64,000 bases of DNA from NCBI GenBank assembly GCA_963664875.1, contig OY761611.1, forward strand, positions 256,001-320,000, read 5' to 3'. Below the pieces are notes generated by a model. It was not told the DNA's origin, ran no database searches, and saw nothing but the letters and a program-made list of their open reading frames with translations. Numbering within the stretch: the stretch's first letter is position 1; every line of letters begins with the position of its first letter. Source of the DNA: Candidatus Kapaibacterium sp. (GTDB taxonomy: Bacteria; Bacteroidota; Ignavibacteria; Kapaibacteriales; UBA2268). Of the stretch, positions 9,942 through 18,588 are shown one piece after another. A program made the translations under genes and the position numbers.

Positions 9942-11189
9942 TTATTTGCATAAATAATTATGCAGCAAAACTAATGCCATACTTACAGCTCTTTCACGGT
10001 TATATTCTCTGTTGTTACCGAAATTATATTTATAAGCTAAAGTAGAATCAGAAGTGCTTAAACCAATCCAAACAGTTCCTACAGGCTTTTCTTCAGTACC
10101 ACCTGTAGGGCCGGCAATTCCTGTAATTGATAAGCCAAAATCTGTTTTGAATTTTGTTCTGACTTTACTCGCCATTTCAATAGCTGTTTCTTCTGAAACT
10201 GCTCCGTATAAATTTATAGTATCTTCGCTAACTCCCAAAGAGTCAATTTTAATTGAATTGCTGTAAGAAATAATCCCGCCTTCAAAATATGCACTACTAC
10301 CCGCCATATCTGTGATAAAACCACCTAACAAACCACCTGTGCAAGATTCTGCAACGGACAATGTTTGATTGCGTTCTATAAGTTTCTTACCGATAGCTGA
10401 AGATATATTTTCATCATTGAAGCCGATGAAATATTCCGATGCTTTTTCAAGAATATAACTTTCAAGCCCTGCAATATTTTTATCGGCAATGTCCATGTTT
10501 TCGGCATTCGCACCTATTCTAAGCCTAATTCCTTTGTAATTTGGCAAAAAGGCTAAAGTTCTTCCTGACAGGACTGTGTCATCTATTTGAAGCAAATCTG
10601 CAAGCGAGGACTCAGGGATACCGGCAAAATTGAGTACTTTATATTTGCAGACATCGTGCTCATCTTTTGTTATTAAAGTCTTAATAATATCGAGTATATG
10701 ATCTTCCGCCAGACCTTTCATTTCGGCAGGTACACCCGGTAACGAGAAGAAATGCTTCCCATCGCGTTCTATATAAATTCCCGGAGCGGTACCGCGATTA
10801 TTTTTTAGTGGAATCGCCACATCAGGAATCATAGCCTGTAATCTGTTCCTTTCTGTAACCGTACGGTTCAATCTTGCAAAAATGCTTTCTACATTTTTAT
10901 ATGCTTCGTCGTTAAAGATAAGCTTTGAGTCGAAATAATCACAAAGAATATCTTTAGTAATGTCATCATGTGTTGGGCCCAAACCACCTGTTGTAATGAT
11001 AATATCCGAAAATTCAGAAAGGCGGCTCAATTCAGATTTTAACATTTCGGGCTCATCACCAATAACTGAATGAGTAACTACCTGAGCTCCTGTTTTAGTA
11101 ACTTCTTGAGCGAGCCAAGCAGCATTTGTGTTAACTACCTGACCTATACATAGTTCGTCACCAATAGAAATCAAAGATACTTTAAGCAT
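9942..11189 (-). CDS. cinA: Competence/damage-inducible protein A (MocF-like + PncC NMN deamidase domains)
   Basis: IGDEL..G..VNTNA, TGGLGPTHDDIT, LPGVPAEM; SVAESCTGG, GAVSEE, TGIAGPTGG..KPVGTV. Confidence 0.95.
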   Translation of the reverse strand: MLKVSLISIGDELCIGQVVNTNAAWLAQEVTKTGAQVVTHSVIGDEPEMLKSELSRLSEFSDIIITTGGLGPTHDDITKDILCDYFDSKLIFNDEAYKNVESIFARLNRTVTERNRLQAMIPDVAIPLKNNRGTAPGIYIERDGKHFFSLPGVPAEMKGLAEDHILDIIKTLITKDEHDVCKYKVLNFAGIPESSLADLLQIDDTVLSGRTLAFLPNYKGIRLRIGANAENMDIADKNIAGLESYILEKASEYFIGFNDENISSAIGKKLIERNQTLSVAESCTGGLLGGFITDMAGSSAYFEGGIISYSNSIKIDSLGVSEDTINLYGAVSEETAIEMASKVRTKFKTDFGLSITGIAGPTGGTEEKPVGTVWIGLSTSDSTLAYKYNFGNNREYNRERAVSMALVLLHNYLCK

Positions 11190-11208
11190 TTTGATTAGTC
11201 CTTTATAT

Positions 11209-11246
11209 AAAAAAAGAGGCAGACTATAGAATAAATAGTCTGCCTC
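11209..11246 (-). terminator. Rho-independent terminator after rpsA
   Basis: 12-bp perfect stem GAGGCAGACTAT / ATAGTCTGCCTC with A-run giving a U-tract on the minus transcript. Confidence 0.85.
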
Positions 11247-11268
11247 AAACTTACGAAAATGCTATATA

Positions 11269-13182
11269 TTATTCTGCAGATTTTTCTTCAGCAGCGTCTT
11301 CAGCAGTTACTTCATATTTGTCGTCTTTTTTAGGAACGTCAAATACTTCAGGTACGTTCTTTTCATCTTCAGGAATTTCAATTGGAGTATTATCATAAGC
11401 ATATTTTTCAGCATTTGGCACCGGATGTGCTGCTAAGTATGCTTCGATAACAGAATTGTCTTTACCTCTTAGAGCTTCAACGACAGAAAGAACAATTTTT
11501 TTAGATTCTTTGTCGAATTCAACAACTTTCAAAGGTAAAACATCTCCTAATTTGAAGAATTCACTGATATTTTTAACAGGAGCAAAAGAAAGTTGAGAAA
11601 CAGGTACGAAACCGTCAACACCTTTAGGAAGTTCTACGATTACACCTTTTTCAATAATTCTTTCAATTTTAGCTTCTGTTTCAGCACCAACTTTATATTC
11701 TTCTTCGAATAGTTCCCAAGGATTATCGTTGATTTGTTTGTGACCTAAAGCAATTCTTCTTTGGTCAGGATCGATGCTAAGAACAACAACATCTAATTCA
11801 TCGCCTTTTTTAACAAATTCTCCCGGGTGACGGATTTTTTTAGTCCAAGACAAGTCGCTGATGTGAACCAAACCATCTACGCCCGGTTCCAATTCAACGA
11901 ATACGCCAAAGTTAGTAAGGTTTCTAACGATACCTTTTTTAACTGAATCAACAGGATATTTTTTCATTAGGTCTTGCCATGGATCTGGTTCTAATTGTTT
12001 CATACCCAAAGCAAGTTTTTTATTGTCTTTATCTATGTTAAGAACAATTGCGTCAACAACCTGACCCATAGAAACGATTTGAGAAGGATGTTTAACGTGT
12101 TGAGTCCAAGACATTTCAGAGATGTGGATTAGACCTTCGATACCTTTTTCGATTTCGATAAATGCACCGTAATCAGTCAAGCTAACAACTTTACCTGAAA
12201 CTTTAGTACCTTGTTCGTATTTTTCACCAATATTATCCCAAGGGTGAGAAGTAAGCTGTTTCATACCCAAAGAAATTCTGCGTTTATCTTCGTCAAAGTC
12301 TAATACAACAACTTTAACTGTTTCGTCCAATTTAACGATTTCAGACGGATGAGTAACACGACCCCAAGAAAGGTCAGTGATGTGAACAAGACCGTCAACA
12401 CCGCCAAGATCAACGAATACACCAAAGTCTGCAATAGCTTTAACTGTACCTTCAAGAACAAGACCTTTTTCAAGTTTGCCCATGATAGCTTCGCGTTGTT
12501 CTTTAAGCTGTTCTTCGAGAAGAACTTTGTGAGAAACAACTACGTTTTCAGAAGGGTGGTTTACTTTTACAACTTTAACGTCAATAGTTTTAGTTACCCA
12601 GCCATCAAAATCACGAACAGGACGAACGTCGATTTGAGAACCAGGTAAGAATGCTTCAATACCTAACAAGTCAACAACCATACCACCTTTGATGCGGCGA
12701 AGGATTTTAACCTGAGTAATTTCTTGTGTTTCGTATAATTTGAGAATGTCTTCCCATATTTTCATAAAGTCTGCACGGCGGCGAGAAAGAACTAATTTGC
12801 CACCTGCGTCTTCGATGTTTTCGATAAATACATCGATTTCATCGCCAACTTTATAAGATTCTGCATTGATCAATTCAGCTCTTGGAACAACGCCCAAAGA
12901 TTTAAAATTGATATCTACGCGAATCTCGTCTTTAGTAATTTCAACGATTCTACCTTTTACGAGCTCATCTTCTTTGATTTCGGCGATGTTGCCAATAGAC
13001 ATTTTTTCGAAAGCTTCATCGTCTAAAATCAAGTCGTTGAAGCCGTTTTCCAAAAGTTTTGTTACAGCTTCTCTGGCTCTTTCTGCTACGTTGCCTTCTT
13101 TTCCGGCATCAAGCCCTTGCATTGGATGTTTTTCAACAGATGATTCTGCAACATCTTGTAGGGTATTGTGGTTTTCTGACAT
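11269..13182 (-). CDS. rpsA: 30S ribosomal protein S1
   Basis: Six S1 repeats (AFLPGSQID, FGVFVDLGGVDGLVHITDLSW, YGAFIEIEKGIEGLIHISEMSW...), strong codon bias, acidic tail. Confidence 0.98.
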   Translation of the reverse strand: MSENHNTLQDVAESSVEKHPMQGLDAGKEGNVAERAREAVTKLLENGFNDLILDDEAFEKMSIGNIAEIKEDELVKGRIVEITKDEIRVDINFKSLGVVPRAELINAESYKVGDEIDVFIENIEDAGGKLVLSRRRADFMKIWEDILKLYETQEITQVKILRRIKGGMVVDLLGIEAFLPGSQIDVRPVRDFDGWVTKTIDVKVVKVNHPSENVVVSHKVLLEEQLKEQREAIMGKLEKGLVLEGTVKAIADFGVFVDLGGVDGLVHITDLSWGRVTHPSEIVKLDETVKVVVLDFDEDKRRISLGMKQLTSHPWDNIGEKYEQGTKVSGKVVSLTDYGAFIEIEKGIEGLIHISEMSWTQHVKHPSQIVSMGQVVDAIVLNIDKDNKKLALGMKQLEPDPWQDLMKKYPVDSVKKGIVRNLTNFGVFVELEPGVDGLVHISDLSWTKKIRHPGEFVKKGDELDVVVLSIDPDQRRIALGHKQINDNPWELFEEEYKVGAETEAKIERIIEKGVIVELPKGVDGFVPVSQLSFAPVKNISEFFKLGDVLPLKVVEFDKESKKIVLSVVEALRGKDNSVIEAYLAAHPVPNAEKYAYDNTPIEIPEDEKNVPEVFDVPKKDDKYEVTAEDAAEEKSAE

Positions 13183-13269
13183 TAAAGTACCTCTAAAAAA
13201 ATATTATTTAGGTTAGTGAAACATTAGCACGAATAATATATGTGCCATTACTTATATGTTTAGCTTTGC

Positions 13270-13298
13270 AATATAGCATAAAAATATCGCAAAAGCAA
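13270..13298 (-). promoter_or_regulatory. Putative sigma70 promoter of rpsA
   Basis: Minus strand TTGCTT-17 nt-TATATT with an extended -10 TG. Confidence 0.6.
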
Positions 13299-13340
13299 GT
13301 AAATAAATAAGATAAACAATAAAAATATCAGAGATTTATG

Positions 13341-14831
13341 TTAGGTGTGGAATATTTTGGTTCCGTTGCTGTAAGTAGCTATTATCTCGAAAAAATTGTC
13401 TTTATCTGAACTGGCTTCATTTATCACGATAAAATCAGCAGGGCTACCTATAGAGAGTGGGTGTATATTGAATAATGCTCTTGGAGATTCTGTATAAGAG
13501 GCAAGAGCCTCAGAAAAAGAAATTGCTTCTGAGGGATTAAGTACTCGAGACTTAGGAGTCAATCTATTTAAATAAGCTTTAATGCCGAATTGTGGGTTAT
13601 GTTTGTCAATTGGAAAATCAGATCCTGAAATAAGTCTAAGTTTTTTATCTAACATAGTTTTCCATGGATATGCATAGTCAATGGATTTGGGTGCAATCCT
13701 GTCAAAAAAGACAGAATCGAGATCCGAATAATAATGTAGCGGCTGGACAGACGGAATAATATTCAATTCAATCCATTTGTGTAAATCTGTTTCTTTGAGA
13801 AGTTGTAGGTGCTCGATTCTAAAATGTAAATCTGGATTGTCTTTTGCATAATTTTTATATATTTCTAAAATCATACCTACAGCTCTATCACCGATTGCAT
13901 GAGTCGCTATGTTCAATTTGTGTTTAACTGCCTCACTAATTACTTCGTGATAGTAATCAGATGTATGGAATATAAGTCCGGAACTGTCTGAATTTAGATA
14001 TTTCGAATCTAACGCAGCACCGTAGGAGCCTAAAGCTCCGTCCATAAAAAGTTTTATTCCGGCAATTTTAAAAAATCGATTATTATTAGTTTGAATAAAA
14101 TCATCGATAAAATTTAGAGAATTGACTCTATAATAAGCACGTGATTTGATGTATAACTTATTCGAGTCTTCAAGTTTCTGCATCATCGGGATAAATTCTG
14201 TTTCCAAATCCATATCATGCACTTCTGTTATGCCGACTTTTGCAAGTTCTGACTGACTTCTCTCAATTTGGTTAGCAAACTGTTCATAAGTAAACTGTGG
14301 AATTTGTGCTTCAGCATCCCACATAGCTCTATCAAGTAAAATGCCTGTAGGTTCGCCTTCTGAGTCTTTTAGGATTTCACCACCCTCAGGCGATAGAGAA
14401 TTAGCGGTAATATTGAGCAAATTTAGAGCTTTAGAATTTAGCCATGCAGCGTGGGCATCAACATTTTTGAGGAAAACAGGCACATCGGGAATGACTGAAT
14501 CTAATATTGATTTATGAGGAAATTGATTATTCTTCCATCCTGATTTATTCCAACCTAAACCAAATATCCAATCACCTCGGAAGGATGGAGAATTATATGC
14601 TTTGTAGGCACATTCTTCTGCACTTTGACAATTATTCAAGGTTAGCCCTTGTAGAACTAAACCTAAACCGTGAAAGTGGCAATGAGAATCTACAAAAGAT
14701 GACATAATCTTAAAGTTAGGATACACGGATTTATTCCCGTTTACCTCAATTACAGAGCTATTTTTTGTTTCTCTGATTTCTGAAACTAAACCATGCCTAA
14801 TAGTAATATGTAAAAATCTTGGCAGCAACAA
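13341..14831 (-). CDS. Metal-dependent amidohydrolase (YtcJ-like, amidohydrolase 3)
   Basis: FVDSHCH, DAHAAWLNS, GEPTGIL, KLFMDGALGS, HAIGD, RIEH, SGSDFP; start codon uncertain. Confidence 0.88.
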   Translation of the reverse strand: MLLPRFLHITIRHGLVSEIRETKNSSVIEVNGNKSVYPNFKIMSSFVDSHCHFHGLGLVLQGLTLNNCQSAEECAYKAYNSPSFRGDWIFGLGWNKSGWKNNQFPHKSILDSVIPDVPVFLKNVDAHAAWLNSKALNLLNITANSLSPEGGEILKDSEGEPTGILLDRAMWDAEAQIPQFTYEQFANQIERSQSELAKVGITEVHDMDLETEFIPMMQKLEDSNKLYIKSRAYYRVNSLNFIDDFIQTNNNRFFKIAGIKLFMDGALGSYGAALDSKYLNSDSSGLIFHTSDYYHEVISEAVKHKLNIATHAIGDRAVGMILEIYKNYAKDNPDLHFRIEHLQLLKETDLHKWIELNIIPSVQPLHYYSDLDSVFFDRIAPKSIDYAYPWKTMLDKKLRLISGSDFPIDKHNPQFGIKAYLNRLTPKSRVLNPSEAISFSEALASYTESPRALFNIHPLSIGSPADFIVINEASSDKDNFFEIIATYSNGTKIFHT

Positions 14832-14846
14832 TTTCTCTGTAAAGAT

Positions 14847-14876
14847 AAAAAAAATGCTGCCCTAAGTTAGGGCAGC
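14847..14876 (-). terminator. Terminator after ferredoxin gene
   Basis: GCTGCCCTAA-G-TTAGGGCAGC palindrome plus A8 run (U-tract on minus). Confidence 0.8.
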
Positions 14877-14905
14877 TATATATACTTGTCGTATAAACTT
14901 CACAA

Positions 14906-15091
14906 TTATTTGATGATAGCTTCAACAGGGCATACATCTTGGCATTGTGGTTCGTCAAAGTGACCTTCGCATTCAACGCATACATTTGCATCGATTTCGA
15001 AATGATCTTCGCCTTCAGAAATTGCTTCTACCGGGCATTCAGGTTCGCAAGCACCACAGCTGATGCATTCGTCAGTTATTTTTAAAGCCAT
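14906..15091 (-). CDS. 2[4Fe-4S] ferredoxin (YfhL/Alvin-type insertion)
   Basis: CISCGACEPECP and CVECEGHFDEPQCQDVCP; AGGAG SD. Confidence 0.95.
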   Translation of the reverse strand: MALKITDECISCGACEPECPVEAISEGEDHFEIDANVCVECEGHFDEPQCQDVCPVEAIIK

Positions 15092-15194
15092 TGTAAATCT
15101 CCTTATGAGAATAATGATGTGTTTTTAAAAACTTGAGTAGCACATTTGATTTGATACCAAAATAATAAATACTTATTCTTTTCGCAAGGAAAAA

Positions 15195-16022
15195 TTACTC
15201 TGAAACCCCGAAAAAACCGCTCCAATTCTTAGTCGGAGCTAAATACTGACTATCCATATGTGTAGCAATTGAAGGCATTGGAATCCATAAGTTCCATTTT
15301 TTCCCAAAAAGAAGTCGGGAGGTGCCAAACAATAGCAATTTGATATATATCTTGGCAAATGGCAAATTAGTGAATAGATATTTTACAAACAGAGAAAAAT
15401 TGAAGGCATTTATTTTTGTGAGAGAAAGCCAGATACTATTGTCATAATTCTTTTTGAGATATGTTGCAAAAGCACCGTACGTGGCATTCAGATATTTCTT
15501 TTGAGTAAGAAATGTCATACAAGTTGTTGAGGCAGTTCTCCAGTGCCTGTTGTTGCTTATCTTTATTTGGCTTTTATAGTCATGTATATCGAGAGTGTAG
15601 TAATCTAAATGGTCGTAGGGTGAAACAAAGTGAACATCTTTGTCTGACTCTATGAGTTCAAGCATTTCATGAAAAGTATCCGTTAGATAAAAGTAATCAT
15701 CTTCTGCAAAATATATATTTTCTGCGAAGGTTTGAGTGCTCAAAATTTCTAGTTGCTTTCCCCAAGTGCCGGTATTGCCGATTCCCGGCAAATCTATCAG
15801 CTCTAGACAGTCAGCAGGAATATATTTCTTAAACATTTCAGAGTATTCAGGGGGACAGTTGTCGAGCAGTACCCAAATCTTGTAATCTACATTATTAAGA
15901 GATTTGACAAGAGAACTTAGACACAATTCTGATAGTTTATATTTGTCATCAGAGTGAACAGGAGGTACTTTTGAAACCTTGGGATATATTCTGTAACAGA
16001 TAGATACTTTATGTGTTTTCAT
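15195..16022 (-). CDS. Divergent GT-A fold (GT2-like) glycosyltransferase
   Basis: VLLDNC, GIGNTGTW, IYFAEDDY acidic motif, PSIATH; coupled to the adjacent GT2. Confidence 0.7.
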   Translation of the reverse strand: MKTHKVSICYRIYPKVSKVPPVHSDDKYKLSELCLSSLVKSLNNVDYKIWVLLDNCPPEYSEMFKKYIPADCLELIDLPGIGNTGTWGKQLEILSTQTFAENIYFAEDDYFYLTDTFHEMLELIESDKDVHFVSPYDHLDYYTLDIHDYKSQIKISNNRHWRTASTTCMTFLTQKKYLNATYGAFATYLKKNYDNSIWLSLTKINAFNFSLFVKYLFTNLPFAKIYIKLLLFGTSRLLFGKKWNLWIPMPSIATHMDSQYLAPTKNWSGFFGVSE

Positions 16023-16023
16023 A

Positions 16024-16974
16024 TTATTTTGCCTGTTTCCAACATGCTGCTAATGTTTCGAAATAGTTCTGTTTATTCTCTGCTTTCATTTTGTATTTTT
16101 TTGGCAATATCTTGATTAGCAGAGTCCATAAATGATATAAAAGCTGACTGTGCTTAAGTTCTAATGTTTTAAAAATCGAAGCAGAATATTTGCTGAAATG
16201 TTTTTTGCAAAAAAGCATTTTTGAGTTTACAAAAATTTGCAACATCTTCGCATTTTTGCCTCCATTTTCTGAACTACCGCCACGCAAATGTATAATCTTT
16301 ACTTTCGGGTAAAAGATGACATAAAAATTTACTACCTGCACTTTATAGCAATAGTCAGCTTCTTCAGTATAAAAGAAATAATCTTCGTCGAATCCTCCGA
16401 CTCGTCTAAAAAGATCAGATCTTGTAAAGAGGCTGCCACCATCAGCATATCCGACACTTTTAGGGAATCTGTCGATTTTTATTTTGTTCCAAAAAAGTTT
16501 TCTTAAAGCTCTTTGGAAAGTAGAAATCATAAATAAATCTTTCAATCCTAACCTGACTCCCGGCAAATCTCCATAGCTGTATTGCCAACTTCCGTCAGGG
16601 AATGTTTGCTGTACGCCAACGACTCCTACCGTAGGATTTTTTTCTAAATAAGTCAGGATTGTTTCGATACCCTTCTCTTCGTAAATCACATCTGCGTTGG
16701 AAAGCAGTAGATATTCTGAATCGGAGTTTTTGACGCCAATGTTAATTGCTTTTGCATACCCGAGGTTTGAGTCATTAGCAATTATTTTAATGTCAGGATA
16801 TCTATTTCTCAATTCTGATACTGTATTGTCCGAAGAATTATTATCCACAACTATGATAGAGTAGGAAGTATCATGTAAAGTTGACTTAATAGACTCTATG
16901 CAATTGATAGCGTGATTAAGACAATTATAGGTTATGATAATTATATCTAACTTTCTTTGAGGCAAAAGCAACAC
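16024..16974 (-). CDS. Glycosyltransferase family 2 (WbbL-like)
   Basis: IIIITYN, VVDNNSSD, NLGYAKAINIG, SNAD, GGFDEDYFFYTEEADYC. Confidence 0.9.
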   Translation of the reverse strand: MLLLPQRKLDIIIITYNCLNHAINCIESIKSTLHDTSYSIIVVDNNSSDNTVSELRNRYPDIKIIANDSNLGYAKAINIGVKNSDSEYLLLSNADVIYEEKGIETILTYLEKNPTVGVVGVQQTFPDGSWQYSYGDLPGVRLGLKDLFMISTFQRALRKLFWNKIKIDRFPKSVGYADGGSLFTRSDLFRRVGGFDEDYFFYTEEADYCYKVQVVNFYVIFYPKVKIIHLRGGSSENGGKNAKMLQIFVNSKMLFCKKHFSKYSASIFKTLELKHSQLLYHLWTLLIKILPKKYKMKAENKQNYFETLAACWKQAK

Positions 16975-17139
16975 CCTTTATTACTTAGGTTTATTTATAA
17001 TCTGCTAATATAAATAAAAAAAAGATATTCTGTTCTTACTATAAGTAAAAGACAGTGACCATAACAATTTATGTTTTTTGTATAAAGTATTATTAGTATA
17101 TTCCGTTTTTGTGTTAAATCAGATATTTCAAATGCCATA

Positions 17140-18435
17140 ATGAAAATACTTCTATCTATATTATTCTTTTTTGTGCCTGCCTGCGTTTTGCAGTCTCAGG
17201 TGCTGAAGAGTATTCATGTGGAAGAACATGATAAGTATAGATATCAAGATAAACCAATATCTAAATCTCAATCCAAGTATAAGATTGATTTGCGTAATAC
17301 ACTTAACAGCAATAAGTTAGATAAAAAGTTTGTCGGATTTCATGCTTATTGGGCAGGAGAGAAATATCTCAATTATCGCTATGATTTACTTAGTGATTTA
17401 ATTTATTTTGGATTTGAAATTGATTCTCAAGATGGCTCCATAGCCAATTCTCGTGATTTCTTAAATCATCCGATTTCTGACTTATGCTTTTCTTCAAATA
17501 CAAAACTTCACGTTGCAATTATCCTCTTTGGCAGCGATCAAATCAAATCTTTCTTAGCTGACGATATAAAAATATCCAATTTTAGACAGCAACTCCATTA
17601 TTATAAGAATCAAAAACACTTTGATGGAATAAATATTGACTTTGAGACTCTTCCGGCTGAAAGCTCAACGGATTTTGTTTCTTTTATAACACAACTCAAA
17701 TCTGAATTTCCTAATACTATTATTTCCATAGATATACCTGCGGTTGATTGGAATAGTGCATATAATTTCGATGAACTAAATGATTTGTGCGACTTTTTCT
17801 TTCTAATGGGATATGATTATTACTGGAGTGGTTCAGAAAATGCAGGTCCTGTAAGCCCTTTGTTCGGGGCTGGTCTTAATATTGATAATAGTATTGTACG
17901 ATATCAAAACAAAGGAATAGATAAGCATAAAATTGTGCTTGGTTTGCCATGGTATGGAAGATCATGGGAAGTCGAAGATTCTTCTTATCAATCAAAAGTA
18001 ATTGGCAAATCAGCAGCTTACAGCTATGATTATATTATGGATTTGGGATTATCTTCACATTATGATATGACTTATTCATCTAATCAGATTGTCTTTAAAG
18101 ACGCAGATGCATATAATGAAATATGGTTCGATGATTCGTTGGCATTTTCGAGTAAAATACAATATTCCATAACTAATAATCTTTTAGGCTCAGGAGTTTG
18201 GGCTTTGCACTATCAGTCAATTCAATCCAAACTTTGGACAGCAATTGAAAATATATATGTAAATGTTTCTGTAAATGATGAAACTCAAGAAAAATTTGAA
18301 CCTATCAACATAGAATATTATGATGTATTAGGTAATGAAATTATAAATGTTGAAATGTATTCAAACACGCTATTCTTTCGGGTAGAAATTGATTCACAAA
18401 ACAGAAGAAGGGTGAAGGGGATATACAAAAATTAG
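17140..18435 (+). CDS. Secreted glycoside hydrolase family 18 with putative T9SS C-terminal signal
   Basis: Signal peptide; FDGINIDFE catalytic motif, LMGYDY, AGPVSPL, LGLPWYG, GVWAL; C-terminal IEYYDVLG segment. Confidence 0.85.
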   Translation: MKILLSILFFFVPACVLQSQVLKSIHVEEHDKYRYQDKPISKSQSKYKIDLRNTLNSNKLDKKFVGFHAYWAGEKYLNYRYDLLSDLIYFGFEIDSQDGSIANSRDFLNHPISDLCFSSNTKLHVAIILFGSDQIKSFLADDIKISNFRQQLHYYKNQKHFDGINIDFETLPAESSTDFVSFITQLKSEFPNTIISIDIPAVDWNSAYNFDELNDLCDFFFLMGYDYYWSGSENAGPVSPLFGAGLNIDNSIVRYQNKGIDKHKIVLGLPWYGRSWEVEDSSYQSKVIGKSAAYSYDYIMDLGLSSHYDMTYSSNQIVFKDADAYNEIWFDDSLAFSSKIQYSITNNLLGSGVWALHYQSIQSKLWTAIENIYVNVSVNDETQEKFEPINIEYYDVLGNEIINVEMYSNTLFFRVEIDSQNRRRVKGIYKN

Positions 18436-18588
18436 AAAATAACTAAGCATGGAATAAAAAAAGTTATCCACAATTATAAAATATTAACGTTTGCGTTGGT
18501 AAATTCGATAAATAGATTTATATTCGTGTTTGTCTTAATTGCAAATTAGAATAATTAATAAATATTAGCTTTTAAAACGGAGGTTTAA

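Noticed and set aside
11500-12700. Internal repeats within rpsA
   Set aside because: Ordinary S1-domain repeats
13232-13250. TGGCAC on the minus strand in the rpsA leader as a sigma-54 promoter
   Set aside because: The -12 position reads TTAT rather than TTGC; I found no convincing -24/-12 site in the intergenic regions inspected
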